The position numbers were made by a program, and so were the translations under genes. The notes under the pieces are model-generated. The model saw only the letters and a program-made list of their open reading frames with translations, was not told the origin of the DNA and made no database searches. 64,000 nt of DNA from Raillietiella orientalis (taxonomy: Eukaryota), in the NCBI GenBank assembly GCA_036172245.1, contig JAYWIR010000033.1:1116001-1180000 (forward strand), read 5' to 3'. Of this stretch, positions 27,365 through 40,567 are shown one piece after another (the stretch's first letter is position 1; the number at the start of each line of letters is the position of its first letter).

Positions 27365-28384
27365 CAACTTGGAGGATGGCTCCTCCGCGCGCGGTCGTGC
27401 ACAAGCGTCGCGGGTTCGAGTCCCTCCCGGGGAAGGATAGACTCCAGGGTAATGGGTGCGTCGTGAGTTTCCAGTTGCCTCCGTAGGATGACACCTGTAG
27501 GCTTCACATGCGGCGCTGGTTGACACGCAGCCACGCCGGGGCATTTGTTTATAAAAAAAGTAAACGAACACGCCTGTGGCAGGACGTTTGATCCTGCCAC
27601 GTTACTTATAACTACGAGAAGAAATCTGCTGGGAACTGGCACGTAGGCCAAAGAACGGGGAGGGAGGTCAGGAAAGGATTACTGTGTGCTGGAGGGCATC
27701 CTCTGGATCCCTGTAAGGATGCTGGCAAGTTTCTGTTTCAAGACTCCCAAATGGGGTCATCTTGACGTTGTCCTCATAAAGAAGACAGCAGACTTCATAT
27801 GCGGCGCTGGTGGAAGCCGGAAACCTCATGATGCCCCCATGGACTGATTGGGGGTGGGAGTCGACCTCTGGAGTCCCTACAGGCATCAAGGAGCTCATCG
27901 AGGTTCCTCTCCGGTTGTGAAAATGGAACCGTCCGTCAAGTACCATGCAGCATGTTGTTGATGCCCCTTTCAGGAGGCCGCCTCTCCAGAGTTCAAGAAT
28001 CGCACTGCTCCTTTCGAGGAGCGCCTTTCAGAAAAATCGAGAAGTATCTTTCCAGGATTCTCTTCAGAGGAGTAAACAAAGAGCTGTTCTCTTGCTGGTT
28101 CCCACCGGAGAAGAAATGAAAAGCAATCCCACGAACCGAGGTTCCACCAGAGAGAATAAGGAAGAGATCACCTTCGAGTTTCCCTCCCAAGGAACGGACT
28201 CCTTCCTCCGGATCCTTCCCGGGTCCTTTCGTGATTCTCCCTATAAATTGAAGAGTTGGCACAAGCACCCTCGGGTGGCGTCGACAGTGTCAAGGAGCTG
28301 CGTGAGTCCCCCTTCCTAAAGAAGCGGACGGGTCTTCAGCAATCAGAGAGCTAACAAAAAGAAAGCCTTAAAAAAAAAAAAAAA
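27365..28384 (+). mobile_element. SINE-like repeat, copy C, split by a Tx1-like insertion
   Basis: B-box GGTTCGAGTCC at 27413-27423; body resumes at 27793; poly(A) at 28370-28384. Confidence 0.8.
27521..27792 (-). mobile_element. Short (272 bp) 5'-truncated Tx1-like element with 19-bp TSD
   Basis: Homologous to the 3' end of the 33.6-35.1 kb copy; flanked by CTTCA(C/T)ATGCGGCGCTGGT at 27502-27520 and 27793-27811. Confidence 0.85.
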
Positions 28385-28479
28385 GTTGGAAGGGAAGCAG
28401 CGAAAACAGAACTAAAGAGAACAGAGGAACTATTTCCATCATCCCAGGCATCAACACTCGCAAGTTGTTCCAGGAGATC

Positions 28480-29441
28480 GTCCGCAGAAGATGCGGTGGG
28501 CCTCGTTTACCCCCTTCCCCCCTTCTCTCGTTCTAGTGTTGCCCTGCCTGAGGGACGCAAGGGGCAGTGTAATCCCGAAAAGGTGGGAAGCGACACGCTA
28601 CATAGGAACAAAGACAAAACTTCTGGGCAGGTGGACAACTCGACACTGCGATCCCGGATGTCCCTCCCCACGGACTTGTACGCCGAGGAGAGCTGCTCAA
28701 CATCCGTACGGAGGAGGTGAAGTGGCCTTACTGTGTTGGGACAGTGGCGCCATCCCCCTCGAGTAGCAGGAGTCGGCATTGCTGGTGCTGCATGGGGAAT
28801 TCCGTGCAAAGCTCGCCTTCACCACTGGACACGGGCAGCGTGGACGCTCAGTGAGTCAGGTGCGGGAAGAAGGACACCCTCCCGCACTTGCTGCTGGACT
28901 GTGCTTCCCTCCGACACCTTTGGGATTACCTCGCGACGATCCTAGGTATCCCGGCGTGCAGCACCAGGGACATTTTCAAACGCCTCTTAGAGCGTGCCGC
29001 CAGCCGCGTCCCTCGCAGATCTCTGCTGTGTTCGCGGGATCACAGCGGCCTGGAACAGAAGAGGAACGCCAGAAGAAAAGACCGAAAGACAGGGACGCCA
29101 TCCACTGGGAGCGGATCTTCCTGAAGACCGCCTCGGGATGGCTGTACCTGGGCGTTATACGGACGGAATTTGCCGGCATCGTGAACAGGACGCAGAGCAT
29201 GCCTGGCAGCGTGCTGTGATCCCTTCCTCGTCCCCCCCTCCACGTGTACAATTTCCCCTCCCCTGTTTTTGTGTGTTTATTTTTATTTTTTGTTTTACTC
29301 TCCCCCACGCCGCCGAAACGGACCTCCGGTTTGCTCACCGGTCTTGGACAGGTTCCAAGCACATGGTAGAACCAAGTGTTCTACCACACCAATAAATTTT
29401 TATTGCTTTATGTAATAAATGCCCCGGCATTACCGGGTGAT
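28480..29441 (+). mobile_element. 5'-truncated Tx1-like element
   Basis: Peptides LLDCASLRHLWDYLATILGIP and DAIHWERIFLKTASGW; AATAAATGCCCCGGCATTACCGGGTG at 29414-29439. Confidence 0.85.
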
Positions 29442-30851
29442 AATCATCCTAAGCCAATAGCAATGCTCTCCCCGAGAGGTCGCTACTGGTCTTTTTAGCT
29501 CCCTAAGAGAGCTGCTGTCACGGACCTCGTCCAGCTGCTTTGTCTGGCTGATGACTCACACAATGCATCCAATACTCGAACGTCCAGTGCCCTTGCAATC
29601 GTGTGGACTGTGCTGAATATGGGAACGCTTTGTCTACGTGCGACTAGTCCTGCTACAGTCCATCTGCCCTCGCTCTTTGGATCCATCACACCCAGGGAGC
29701 ACACGGCTAACTCTTAGAGCTGCACCTACACCCCTCGCCTCTCTTCGTTTCAGCTTGCTCTTCCACCAGACGACGAGGTTAGGATGTCGGTCGTAGCGAT
29801 TGGACATTACGCTGCGTCATCTCATCTGCCACGAGGCATCCTCTGTGCGTACGATCTTCATGCTCCCTCGGGGGAGCTGCTCGTGTGGGCTGCAAATCAG
29901 AGCGTGCAAGGGGAACTATGCGCGTCTCCATCTTCTGCCTATGATGCCTTCTGGGTCGTCCCTTTTAGAAAGTACCCTCCAGCTTTTGAAAGAGGCGTGA
30001 CTACGCTCACTTGGAAGTCTGGAAGATTTGTAGCAGAATAGGCGTCACAACCACCTAATCTTTGCTGTTAGTCGTCGATTTTCTTGCGATCCGAGTGTTC
30101 GCTCTCCGGGAGAGTTCCTTGATCCAGCAACTTTTCAGAGACCTAACGATTTTTCTGCAGGACTCGGTTCTTCATATTCTCTGAGAAATTGCGATCACGA
30201 AAGCATTTCCCTTTGTCTTCAGGGTTTGTCATATCAAATCATCATTACGGACTTCTGGTTTTGGAAGCTCTCAAGGAACATCTGTCCCAACCAGGAACTC
30301 CTTTTTCAGTACTGCCTGTGCAACCATTCCTGGAGGGACGTTCGGTTAAGCTGATGTACTCCCCGGATATTAGGGGTTTATCCGTTCGAGGCAGAACTGT
30401 GTGAAGCAGAAGATGCCAAAGAAATGTTCGAGTCTGCTCTGTTTCAGAAAGAGGTGGGGCTGTCAGGCACCCTGACTGGAAGCAGGCAAATGACAAAGAG
30501 AACATCTCATACTGCAGAAAGGAGCATTTCCTTCAGATCAACGGGAATGAAAAGCATTTTCCCCTGCAGGCTGATTTCCACGAAGAGAGCCAAAAAAAAA
30601 AAAGCTGGCCTACTTCGAGAGAACACGATTCACAAGGGCTCCTCCAGAAAGATGAAAAGACAGCAACACAAGAATAAGTACAGGAGAACCCAAAGTGTCC
30701 CACAAAGACTAACAGACATGTGAAAATCCAAGGCTCCAAGAAAACGAAAATGCCGAAATGATTGCAAACAAAAGAGGAGCATGGCGGTTGATGAAACAGC
30801 ATATCAGAACTTCGAGCTGGGATCATTAACTTTACAGTAGGACTTTATGAC

Positions 30852-31140
30852 AAAGAGACGAAGAATGTTCAAAGACCTTTTGTGAAGCATTGGCCGATGC
30901 AATGAGAGAGGGAACGCAGTACCAAACTGTATTCGTTTACGATAGTGGAGCAGAAATTTACGTAAGAATGACTGAGGTCCAGAATGAGCATCTCTTTGAA
31001 CTCTACTCTTTCAGGAAGCCAAAATACCCTTTTTCTGTAGGGCAAGTGTCATCGCAGATGATCTCAGGGAAGAATGCAAGAAACAAGGAAACAAAACCAG
31101 AGGTCCTTTCAAAGTTTGCGAAATCATGCAGGCTGAATAA
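30852..31140 (+). pseudogene. Possible spliced exon pair of an unidentified gene or pseudogene
   Basis: Removing a 53-nt GTAAG...CTCTTTCAG segment (30962-31014) gives ...ALADAMREGTQYQTVFVYDSGAEIY|EAKIPFFCRASVIADDLREECKK...; in-frame stops on both sides; no recognisable domain. Confidence 0.2.
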
Positions 31141-31329
31141 AGTGTGGGCGGCATGCTTTTCCATGTCTTTACCGCTCCACAACTCTTGCCGCGGAGTGGT
31201 CTGGGTTTCTGTCTGATCCGTCGCTTTGGAGGGCCCACTTGACACTACAAACTCGTGTATCCGAACTCTGGCTGACGTCTCACCCCTCTAAATAGCATGG
31301 CAAGGAAGGCTGCTGATATGGGAGGTAGG

Positions 31330-32670
31330 GCAAGTTTTCATCGTAGGACTTACCATTCAGGAATCAGGGATTGCCCATACACGGAAGCAAATACTTCTTC
31401 GATGTGTTTGTCTTTCTCCCGGATGCGAATGTGCCATGCAAGTTATTTCAGCAGTACAGGGCTTCTTTCGCTTCCGCCGCGCAACCTACGCCGTGGGATC
31501 GCATTTGGCTACCCCTCGAGGCATCTGTCCTCGTTACTGTTAGCCCATCCGTGGATCCCCTGCCCCCCCGTGAGCTGGAATGCCTGGCGGCAGGGGGCTC
31601 TGGAGTCCTGGGCTGCCACTTTGGAAGTTGGCTTAGAAGTACTGCGGTCGCTTCCGGGTCTCCTACGCAAACCGCTGGAAGATCTCCTGAAGGATTGGAT
31701 GCAATGGTCACTGAGAGCCGTCACACCCTTTGCTGCAGCACTGCCTGCCCTCAGAGCAAGAAATGACAACAGTCAACCGGCGAAGTGTGAGTTCGTCTGC
31801 AGCCTTGCAGGAGTCGAGAAGTTCCTTGACGGCTGGAAGACGAGGAGGGAGTTGCACTCCTCGTTTCTGTGCGAGGGGACTCCTTCGGTGGAGTGACCTG
31901 CTGGGTGTGCCCCCCGAATAACTCGTGATCCTCTCCCTTTGCGTGGACACCTCCATGTTCCCGTCACGCTGGAAACAGGATGTTCTGCTGTTTCTTCGCT
32001 GGGCATTCCAATGAAATCAGCGCAGGCACCTGCTTTCCGGGGGAGTTGTCTCCCCGAACTGTTCCAGGTGTGGTGGGACGATGGAATCGCTCCCGCACCT
32101 GCCGTTGGACTGGTGGACCAAGGATAGGACCCTGGAGGCCCTGGAGGGTGCACTGGGGGACACATGGTGGAGACTCCCTTCGGCGCTCCGACAACCGCAA
32201 TATCCCACCCGGTTTGGACTTGCTGCGACGTTTCTTCACAGAAAGCGGGCTGAAGAAGAGCGCTGCGATCCGTGCCATGGTGACAGCCCGCCAGGTGTTG
32301 TAGTCAGGTTCGCGGCCAAGGGAGGCCACCAGCATGGCAGCAGCAGCACTCATGAGGACAGCAGCGAAGTGACTTCATGTGCCAGAAGTCGCCAGGGAGA
32401 TCGTTACTATCGGGAGCCGCTTCTAGAATGGAAGAAAGGTCTTTAACCAAGGACCTATGTCGCCATCCTCTCGTCTCTTTTTGTTTATTTATTGTTCCCC
32501 TTATTTATGTCCTCCGTTCCCTACTTTTTGGAATCCGGCCTGCGTGCCTGCTGAACTTTTTTTTTTTATTGGCATATCTTGTTTTTGAGGGGTTCTTTGT
32601 TCCTCTCCCTTGTAGTTTGTTTGTTTGTTTGTTCCTTTTAAAAATAAAACATCCCTGCGTATTGGGGCAG
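31330..32670 (+). mobile_element. Decayed Tx1-like element 3' portion
   Basis: Peptides VTPFAAALPALRARND, FLDGWKTRRE and GLLRWSDLLGVPPE; 3' UTR motif ggcctgcgtgcc; AATAAA at ~32643. Confidence 0.8.
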
Positions 32671-33099
32671 CCCTGTACTCCGATGGCGAAGGGTTGAAAG
32701 AGGCTGTCCGTGAATTGCGACAAGAAGACTTTTGGAGAGCCCCTGAAGAAAATGCGGTGCTGCCATCGATGCAGATGCGGCAGAGGAAGGGGAGCAATCC
32801 ATAGCAAACAGATACAGAAGAAATCATCATCTCTCTCGCCATCCTCTCTCTCACCGCGCCGCCCATTGCATTTTCTCGAATGCTCTGCGAGAGTGTTTTA
32901 CAACCGAGTGGGAGAGAAGAGCAGAACTTTCAGAGATGATGAAGATGGCTCCTCTTGAAATACTCCGCCATTTGTAGAGATTTGTAGCGCAGTTGAATAA
33001 TGCACCGTCTTTAGGAACGAAATACGAGGTGACGATGATTTTTGATTTATGAGCGAATTTTATCCGGTAACTAAAGCGATGAATTGAGCTGCTTTCATG

Positions 33100-35260
33100 A
33101 TAAGTGCCCAAAAACCGCTCGCCTCCTTAGGGGGCGAGCGAAGAGCCTTCAGCACTGTCCACGGCACTCGAGGGTGCGTCTTCAAGTTATAGGGGGTATC
33201 TCGGGAGGGAACTGTCCTATGGATCAGGAAGGCTCCGGAAAAGGAGTCCCTTCCCCTCTTACTCTTTGGAAGGGAATCCCTAAGGGAAGCTTCTATTCCT
33301 TATTCTCTCCGGAGGGACCCCTGGAGGGAACCATTCTTCATTTCTTCTCCGAAGGGGACCCCGTAGGGAACTGCTCTTTCTTTACTCCACTGAAGGGAAC
33401 CCAGAAGGAGATGCTTCCCAATTTCGCTGGAAGGGAGCGCTTCTTACACTCTGGAGAGCTATCAGCCAGCTCCATGGGACGCGAACCAGTTCCTTGATGC
33501 CCTGGAAGGACCCAGGAGGGTCCAACTTCTCAATCCCGGCTAGCCAGTGGGGGAGCATTCGAGGGTTTCCAGCTTCCACCATCATCGGTCCGAGAAAGGA
33601 AGTGCCTGGTGGCAGGAAACCGCTCTCCTGTGGACGAGGACCCAGGAGGCAAGCGCGGAACAGGGGCTACAGGAAAAGTCTTTCCTGCACGCGCTCAACA
33701 ACAACTGCACGCTCCGGGAGATCCTGGAAGATCCCGCGAAGCGTTGTGCTCGGGCTCCTGCTCTAAGCGTCTATTTCTTTCGCCTTTTACTAAAGAAATC
33801 CGTGGGCAGGAGCGTCTAAAAGAGCGAATCTTTGTGAGTGCCCTCTTAGGTTCTCGCCGGAACAATGGGAGTTGACCTTCGGTTCCTCCCATGAATAGAA
33901 GAGTAGGGAGTTCCCCCTCCGGTCGTGCAACGGAGAGCGGACCCCCGTCACCGAGGGACCACCTCCGGTTTCAAGATGGAGCAAGAGCCCTCACGGGCAC
34001 CTCTCCAGTTGTTCAAAGGAGTAACCCCCTCCTGTTGGGGGGTCCCTCCGAGTCGTCGCCTCTTCACAGAGTGCACAAGGAAGCAAGCGAGAGCGATTCC
34101 CTGCGGGGCAAACAGAACCTCTGTCGCCGCTGCGCTGCCTCCCTTAGGGAACACATGGATAGCAGCCCTACGGCTAGGTGGGAGGTTACTGTGGAAACCT
34201 CCGTAAGGAGGAAAGGACTGGGCGAGTGGACGAAGGGTTCGCTCACCGACTCTGCGACCCCGATTGCTCGACCTCGTGGGCTTTTGCACTGGGGCATGCT
34301 ACTGAGTATTCCGGAGGAAGAACTGCAGTGGCCCCCGGTGCTCATGAACACCCGCACCCTCCCTTTAAAGTGGCAAGGATCGGCACTTCTGCTGCTGCTG
34401 CACTGGGGCCTCCCTGGCAACGCCCGCCGGCATCTGTGGGCACGGGTGTGTGTGAACACAAACTGTGCAAGGTGCGAGGAGAGGGGAATCCTTTCTGCAC
34501 CTCCTGGTAGACTGTGTTGCCTACGGCTCCTTTGGGGACGCTTGGCCACGACCCTTGGAACCCGCGGCTTCAACGCCAGAGACGTTGTAAAGCACCTCTT
34601 CCTGCGCAATGCCTCACGCCTGATGCATCCCCAGCAGCACTTTGCTACCCATGCGGCGGTATCGTGGCTGCATATAGCAACGCCAGAGGGAGCCAAAACG
34701 ACGGGAACACCATCCATTTTGCTGTCCTCTTCCTGAGGACAGCGTCAAGATGGCCCCATCCGAGAACCATAAAACAGGAACTTGCCGGCATCCTTACAAG
34801 GATGCAGCGGGCGCCCTCCAACACACAGTGATCCCTTCTCGAACCCCCCCGCCCTCCCTTCATCTTTTTTGACTGCAGTTTTTTGTTTTGCTTTTTTTCC
34901 TCCTGTTTGTCTTCCCTTCCCTTGTGCTTCCGAGGCGCACCCTGCTGGCCTGCGTGCAAGATCCCGGCAGGCTCCTTTCCGTATTCATAAGTAACGTTGC
35001 AGGATCAAATGTCCTGCCACAGACATGTAGGTTTGTTTTATAAATAAACGCCCCGGCGTGACCGGGTGTCAACCATCACCGCACCCGAAGACTATAAAAA
35101 GGCCAATCAGTGTCATCTTGCCGGGGAGAAACTCGAAACCCATGACGAACCCCCCTATTTTCAGCGTCGAGACTCCCTCCCCCCCCGGGCAGGATTCGAA
35201 CCCGCAACGCTCGGTACTACGCGCTGAGACCGCGGCAACGCGGGCTCTTATGACAGTGGG
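33100..35260 (-). mobile_element. SINE-like repeat, copy D, split by a Tx1-like insertion
   Basis: Minus-strand head with B-box GGTTCGAATCC at 35202-35192, running down to 35072. The body resumes at 33587 (tggtggaagctgg...gtccttccagg...ccatggagctgg). Confidence 0.8.
33588..35071 (+). mobile_element. 5'-truncated Tx1-like element with 281-codon open remnant (33891-34736)
   Basis: Peptide GLLHWGMLLSIPEEEL..TLPLKWQGSALLLLHWGLP..NCARCEERG..LWGRLATTLG; AATAAACGCCCCGGCGTGACCGGGTG at 35043-35068. Confidence 0.85.
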
Positions 35261-35799
35261 CAGTCAGAGAAGTGCTCGAGGCTCACTAGCAAGAGGAGCT
35301 CTTAGGATGGCAAGTACTGTGTTTAGTCAACTGGTACTGAGACTGCATCATCCAGGCATGCTCACAAGGCGGAAGAAATTCGACCTGCAGTGATTTCATC
35401 TGCCTATTGGAGCAGAATTCGGAGGTTCGATCCATTTCATCTGATGAAGACGTGGACCACTGGCAAACGGACTTTGGCATGGAGCAGCGGAAATCCAGTT
35501 GGGCAGGCTTGGAGCTACAGGTTCCAGCGGGTCTCTGAAGCATCGTTTCCGGTCCAACCAGACGACAACCCTTGGTTTCGAGGAGGATGATTCAAATCAG
35601 AGATCAGTCGGGATGGATGATTTTGTTCCTCCCATCACTCTGAGTTGCCGCTTCCTTATCCGCCGTATGTTTTCATCCCCTAAGGCAGTGTCCTCCAGCA
35701 GAGGGCGTTTGGTCTTTTGTCCACTGATGACCTCCTGGGATTGGGTCTGGTTCGAAGCTCCGAACGCGAAATTCCCGAGCGATCGAAATACATGACGTT

Positions 35800-35854
35800 T
35801 CAATTCATATATGAATATATAGAATGAGCACATACATTTGCTTCCCATAATCTT

Positions 35855-35893
<39 letters not shown>

Positions 35894-36050
35894 CATAAAC
35901 CATACTTATTAATTTTGCTAATGAAATGCATGTCTCTGAATCTTAATAAACACATCTGTTCCGGTCATATTACCGTTAACCGTATGTATGTTAATCAGTA
36001 CGAATAACCACGCATATGGAAGTGAATGTGTTCGTGAACGTATGTAGAAT
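35800..36050. repeat. AT-rich island with (TA)n microsatellite
   Basis: (TA)n at ~35858-35886 within strongly AT-rich sequence. Confidence 0.8.
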
Positions 36051-36079
36051 GAGCACGCGTGTTTTTTTTTTTTTTTTCC

Positions 36080-37080
36080 ACGGTCCTTCGGGACTTCGGT
36101 GGGAGCCGCCGCCCGAGCGCGGTATCGCATTGGTGTCGTCCGATGGGGGGCGTCCCGGGCGCAAAGTGTCGACACGGGTCGGCGGCGTTTCTTTCCCGGT
36201 CGAGGCGCAGGTCGTTCCCGTTTCGGCAAAAGCCTGCTCCCTGTCCTGACGTCACAGCAGTTCCCGAGCGCCAAATGCGGTTGAACGCCGATGCAAGCGG
36301 AGGTGAAGTGGCCCCCAGCGTCTTGGGACAACGGCACCCTTCCCCTGCAGTGGCAGGAGACGGCGTTGCTTCTGCTCCACTGGGGACTTTTAAGCAGAGC
36401 ACGCCCGTCTCACTGGACATCGGGAAGTGTGGATGCCAACTGCGCAGAGTGCGGGGAAAGGGAGACCTTCCCTCACTGAATCATCGAGTGTGTTGCCCTC
36501 CGTCAGATGTGGGACTGACTCTTGTCGATCCTGAACATTCCGGGGGGCGACCCGAAGAACATTTTTAGACGCTTCCTGATGCAGGACGCCATGCCAGCCT
36601 CCGGGTGTGTAGCAGTGCTCTGTTGCATACGCGGAATCCTGGATAAGTGGACCGCGTCAAGAAGAGGCCGCACCAGTGGGAGTGCCATTCACTGGGCAGC
36701 CATCTCCTTGGAGAAGGCCTGCCGTTGGCGCCGACTTAAGAAACATTTGTCGGCACTTGTTCGCATCCGAAACCGGATGCAGAGGCCTCCTCACGGCGTA
36801 CCGTGATCCCCTCCCTTCCCCCCCCCCTCCCAAAAAACATTGCCCCCCCCATGAGTGTTTCTTTTTTTGTTTTTTTTTTTGTTTTTCCCGCCCCTGCGCC
36901 AGTGTGGGGGACCTTATCGGCCTGGGGGCCGGTAAGGACAAGTGCCCCAAGACAGTCGGAACGTGTGTTACGGCTGAAAAAAATCATACAAAACAGTGAA
37001 AAGAAAAGGACTTTATTATAGAATTTTTTATTGTAAAAAGTTTGAATAATAAAAGCCCCGGGTCACCCGGGTGAAAAACC
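36080..37080 (+). mobile_element. 5'-truncated Tx1-like element
   Basis: Peptides TLPLQWQETALLLLHWGL..ANCAECGERETFPH and SAIHWAAISLEKACRW; terminal motif at 37048-37073. Confidence 0.85.
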
Positions 37081-37129
37081 TCAGCGAGCGTGCCGATCAA
37101 AGTCCCGAAGGATCTTAAGGACGAATGTT

Positions 37130-37845
37130 TACTCTATGTATCAATACATAAATTTAGACATGGATTACTGCATAGATGAATATGCAAATGAATTGCCACA
37201 CACATCTCCGTTAATAGAATTAACAATATGCACTGAAATATAAATATATGTAGTAAAGATTACAAAAATAAATAATATCTGTAATAATATGTTGTAATAA
37301 TATCGCTACTAACATCGAGATACATATTAACAAATATATGCATTCATTTTTACAATCTTTATAATATATATTACTCTATATACAAATTTGTACATTATTA
37401 TGTGTGATCAACACACTATAAACTGCAATAGTAATACGTATGATAAAATGTTTGTATGCTGAAATGACATTACCATTAGTAATATGCATCTTAACAAATA
37501 TAAATAAATATGCATTTTAAAATAAATTTATACATCAATCTGCACATTAATATATACATTAATATACATAATGAGCACATATCTTTATTCTGTAAAAGTT
37601 TTAGAATGTATATTACTCTATATGCAAATGTAATAAGAATATGCATATTTATATATATAATAAGCGTGCTTACTTATTTTGTATGATCTTAATCATATAC
37701 ATTACTCTGTATGCAAGTATACGTATTCATGTATATAATGGGTGCATTATTTATTATAAATATGGATCTATTTATTGATCTATGTGTAAACTGTATATCT
37801 GCATATACAGTTTATATCTGCATATATAGCAAACGCGTGTATTGA
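37130..37845. repeat. Long AT-rich low-complexity island
   Basis: About 700 bp of very low GC, with recurring TATATGCA, TACATT and ATTACTCT motifs and no ORFs in the track. Confidence 0.8.
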
Positions 37846-39849
37846 TTTTGAAGATCTTTGGGGAATTCGGCGTTCGGACTTTTGAGCCAAACCCCCCTGG
37901 GCAGGCGCGTGTACACAGTCGCTCAATCTTCCCGGGGTTTGCTTTTTGCGTACATGCTGGACAACGGACGTCGGTCCTGGCCCTCGTCGTCTCGGAGGCG
38001 CTCTCGGAGGAATGTCTTCTCGTGTCGGATCGGTCGGTTCTGCAATTTTCCGGGGTGATTACAGCTTGACAAGTCGCTCGCAATCTCAGATTGCAGTGTT
38101 TGATTATGGAGCTGAAGATGCGGGAGTTGATGGATCCGAGTCGGAGAGGGTACGGATCTGTGATCGATGCCACGGATCCCGAATAAGATCGACAGAAGGA
38201 GATTCCTCCTGGAGAGAGCCGACAGTGAGCCGACGTTTGTGGCTGGTGAGTCCTGTCCACTCCTTGCCACCCACGGTGCCATCCATCTCAGAGATCTGCG
38301 GCTCTCGAGAACGATGATGCTGCGTGTGGATTCGCAGGGGACAGAATTCCACGCTACACGCTCGTGCGCCTTCCCGCTCTGCCTCCTGCTCGCAGCACGA
38401 CCACCCTTTGGTGGAGAGAGCAGCGGTCTCATCACCCGGGCCTACCGAAAGATTCCGCAGCAACTGGAGCCCACGGCACTTGCTGCAGGCTCGAGTTTCC
38501 AAGCAACAAGTGGGCTGCACCGACGAAGCAGCCCGAAGAAACCGCTGCTGATGCTTCCCGAAGCAGCCCGTGAGGTGGAGAGCGGGAGAAGTGTGGGAAA
38601 GACACATTCCGGTCACGATTTTCAAGAGTACCGCCTTTATGTCTGAAGGTGTTCTGGATGTTCGCTGGTGATCTCCATCCCATGCAGCACTTTCTCCGGC
38701 ATCCATTGCTCCGATGAACCCCTTTTGAATTTCCGGACTGAGCAGCAGTTCGGGTGAGCTTAGGCCATCCTTCTGGAACTTTCTGGGCATTCGGGAAAAC
38801 GACTAGGATGAGACAGAGAGGGATCAAGCTCTCCACTTCGATCTTTCTATTTAGAAAGCAAACCTACAAACAGACCTCTTTGCATTGTCCATTGTATTAT
38901 CTCAAACGTTCTACGAGAGCCTTTGTGAGCACAGAGCAAAGCTTTTTAGGATATCGAATGGCTAATCTTCGAATGTTCTACCATTTGTAGAAATCTCCAT
39001 GCGACTGAATAGTGGATCTCTTTTAGAAAGTGCTTGGTCTTTAGAAGTTGCATCGGGAGCCCGGAAGCCCGCCAAGAAAGTTCCTTTTTCAAACATCGCT
39101 CCCAGTCGGAGCAGCAGCGGGATGGCTGGTGGTCCATTTGAACAGCGAGTTTACGATACAAATGGGCAGTGCCCCGTACGCACAGGGGCTTCGTGGCCCT
39201 ATCCTCAGTCAGCACACTTTACAATCTCCTCGCCCAGGGATATTGGGGTTGTCTCAGCCCATCCAGTGACCTAGAACCTTTGCAAGAACTGCTGGCGTCT
39301 CTATGCATGCACCTTTCCTAACCTGCAGATCCTTATCTCCCTCGTTAGAGGTTGTTTTAGTGCTCCCGCGGCTGCCACATTTTGCACTCGACGATGGTCC
39401 CCCCTGCTTGCCACGGTGCTCGTGATGGAGGGTGTTGCCGTCGCAGGCACCATGGGATCGTTGCAACCCTTAGAATGATCCTCTCAGGACCTCAGTCCTG
39501 ATCTTGTCCTGCAAGTCTCACCTGCCTGTCCGCTTTTTAATCTTGGGTCCACGACTGGCAGGTGAACACCTCGAGCTGCGTTTCCCCTCCTCGCATGGCT
39601 TGCGGCGTTCTTCCGTGACACTCCCCCGTTCGGACCCGGTGCTGCACAAGAGACTTCCGTGGTAGAGCAGTAGCAGGTCGCGCTGAATTTCTGGTGGCAG
39701 TTTCGACTTCCTCGGTCGCTCTGCAGCTGACGTGGGGCTGACTGGTATCAATCACCTGCACCGCGTTCGCAGTATGACCTTCTATTCAAATTTCGCCTCC
39801 TAATCAGGGACAGGTGGCCACTTTTCTCCCTCCAGAGTCCCGTGGGTCA

Positions 39850-40567
39850 CATGCGGTCTAATTCTTTCGGTGTGTGGAAACGGCAGCATCTCGTGGTGTT
39901 TCCATACTCGCTGCGAAATGGTCCACGGCGCCCAATCCCGAGTTTTGGGCATCGGCAGGGATCCCCTGCTTCGTGGCCCGTGTTGCGGCAGGGAATCGTC
40001 AGGACCAGTCCTGCCTTCCAGAGCTTTTGGAGAGAACTGCTGCTGTTTTACCACTCTTGTCAGGCTCGCCTTTGAACTGTGCCAATTGCGGGGGAGTCTT
40101 TCCCGCACCTGTCCGTGGAGAGCATAGTCCTCAGGAGTGAGTGGAAACGTCTTGCCGCGGTCCTGCAAATTCCTAAGTTTCGACCGCCGTGAGAGGCGAC
40201 ATTCCTCTCCGCTCCAAGAGGAACTTCGTTAACAACCCAAAGGACGTTACGAAGTTCCTCTTCGAGCGGAGAGGAATGTCGCCTCTCACGGCGGTCGAAA
40301 CTTTCTGCTGCTTCAATGGCGTGCTGAGGGTCCCTCTAAAGTTCGATAAAAAACAAAACAAAACAAAAAAAGTCTCCTCTTTTTTTGGTTTTTATCTTTT
40401 TTTACTCCCCTCCTCCCTTCCCATGTTCGGCCTCTCTTGGCAGCCCGCTCGTGGCTGGAGGCGCCTCCTGAACTCCGAAAGATGCAGTGAGATTTCCACT
40501 CCCCATTACGAATGAATGGCCTTTATTTTTTATTTTTAAAAGAGACGCCCCTGCGCGACCGGGGCCA
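39850..40567 (+). mobile_element. Strongly decayed Tx1-like 3' fragment
   Basis: WRELLLFYH and LNCANCGG..FPHL remnants; T-rich UTR; decayed end motif cgcccctgcgcgaccgggg at ~40546-40564. Confidence 0.5.
40175..40303. repeat. 55-bp inverted repeat (one mismatch) with 19-nt spacer
   Basis: 40175-40229 is the reverse complement of 40249-40303 except for one C/C position. Confidence 0.95.

Noticed and set aside
35430..35480. Hammerhead ribozyme at CTGATGA (also ~14711 and ~41732)
   Set aside because: I found no properly spaced stem II plus GAAA core with closing helices.
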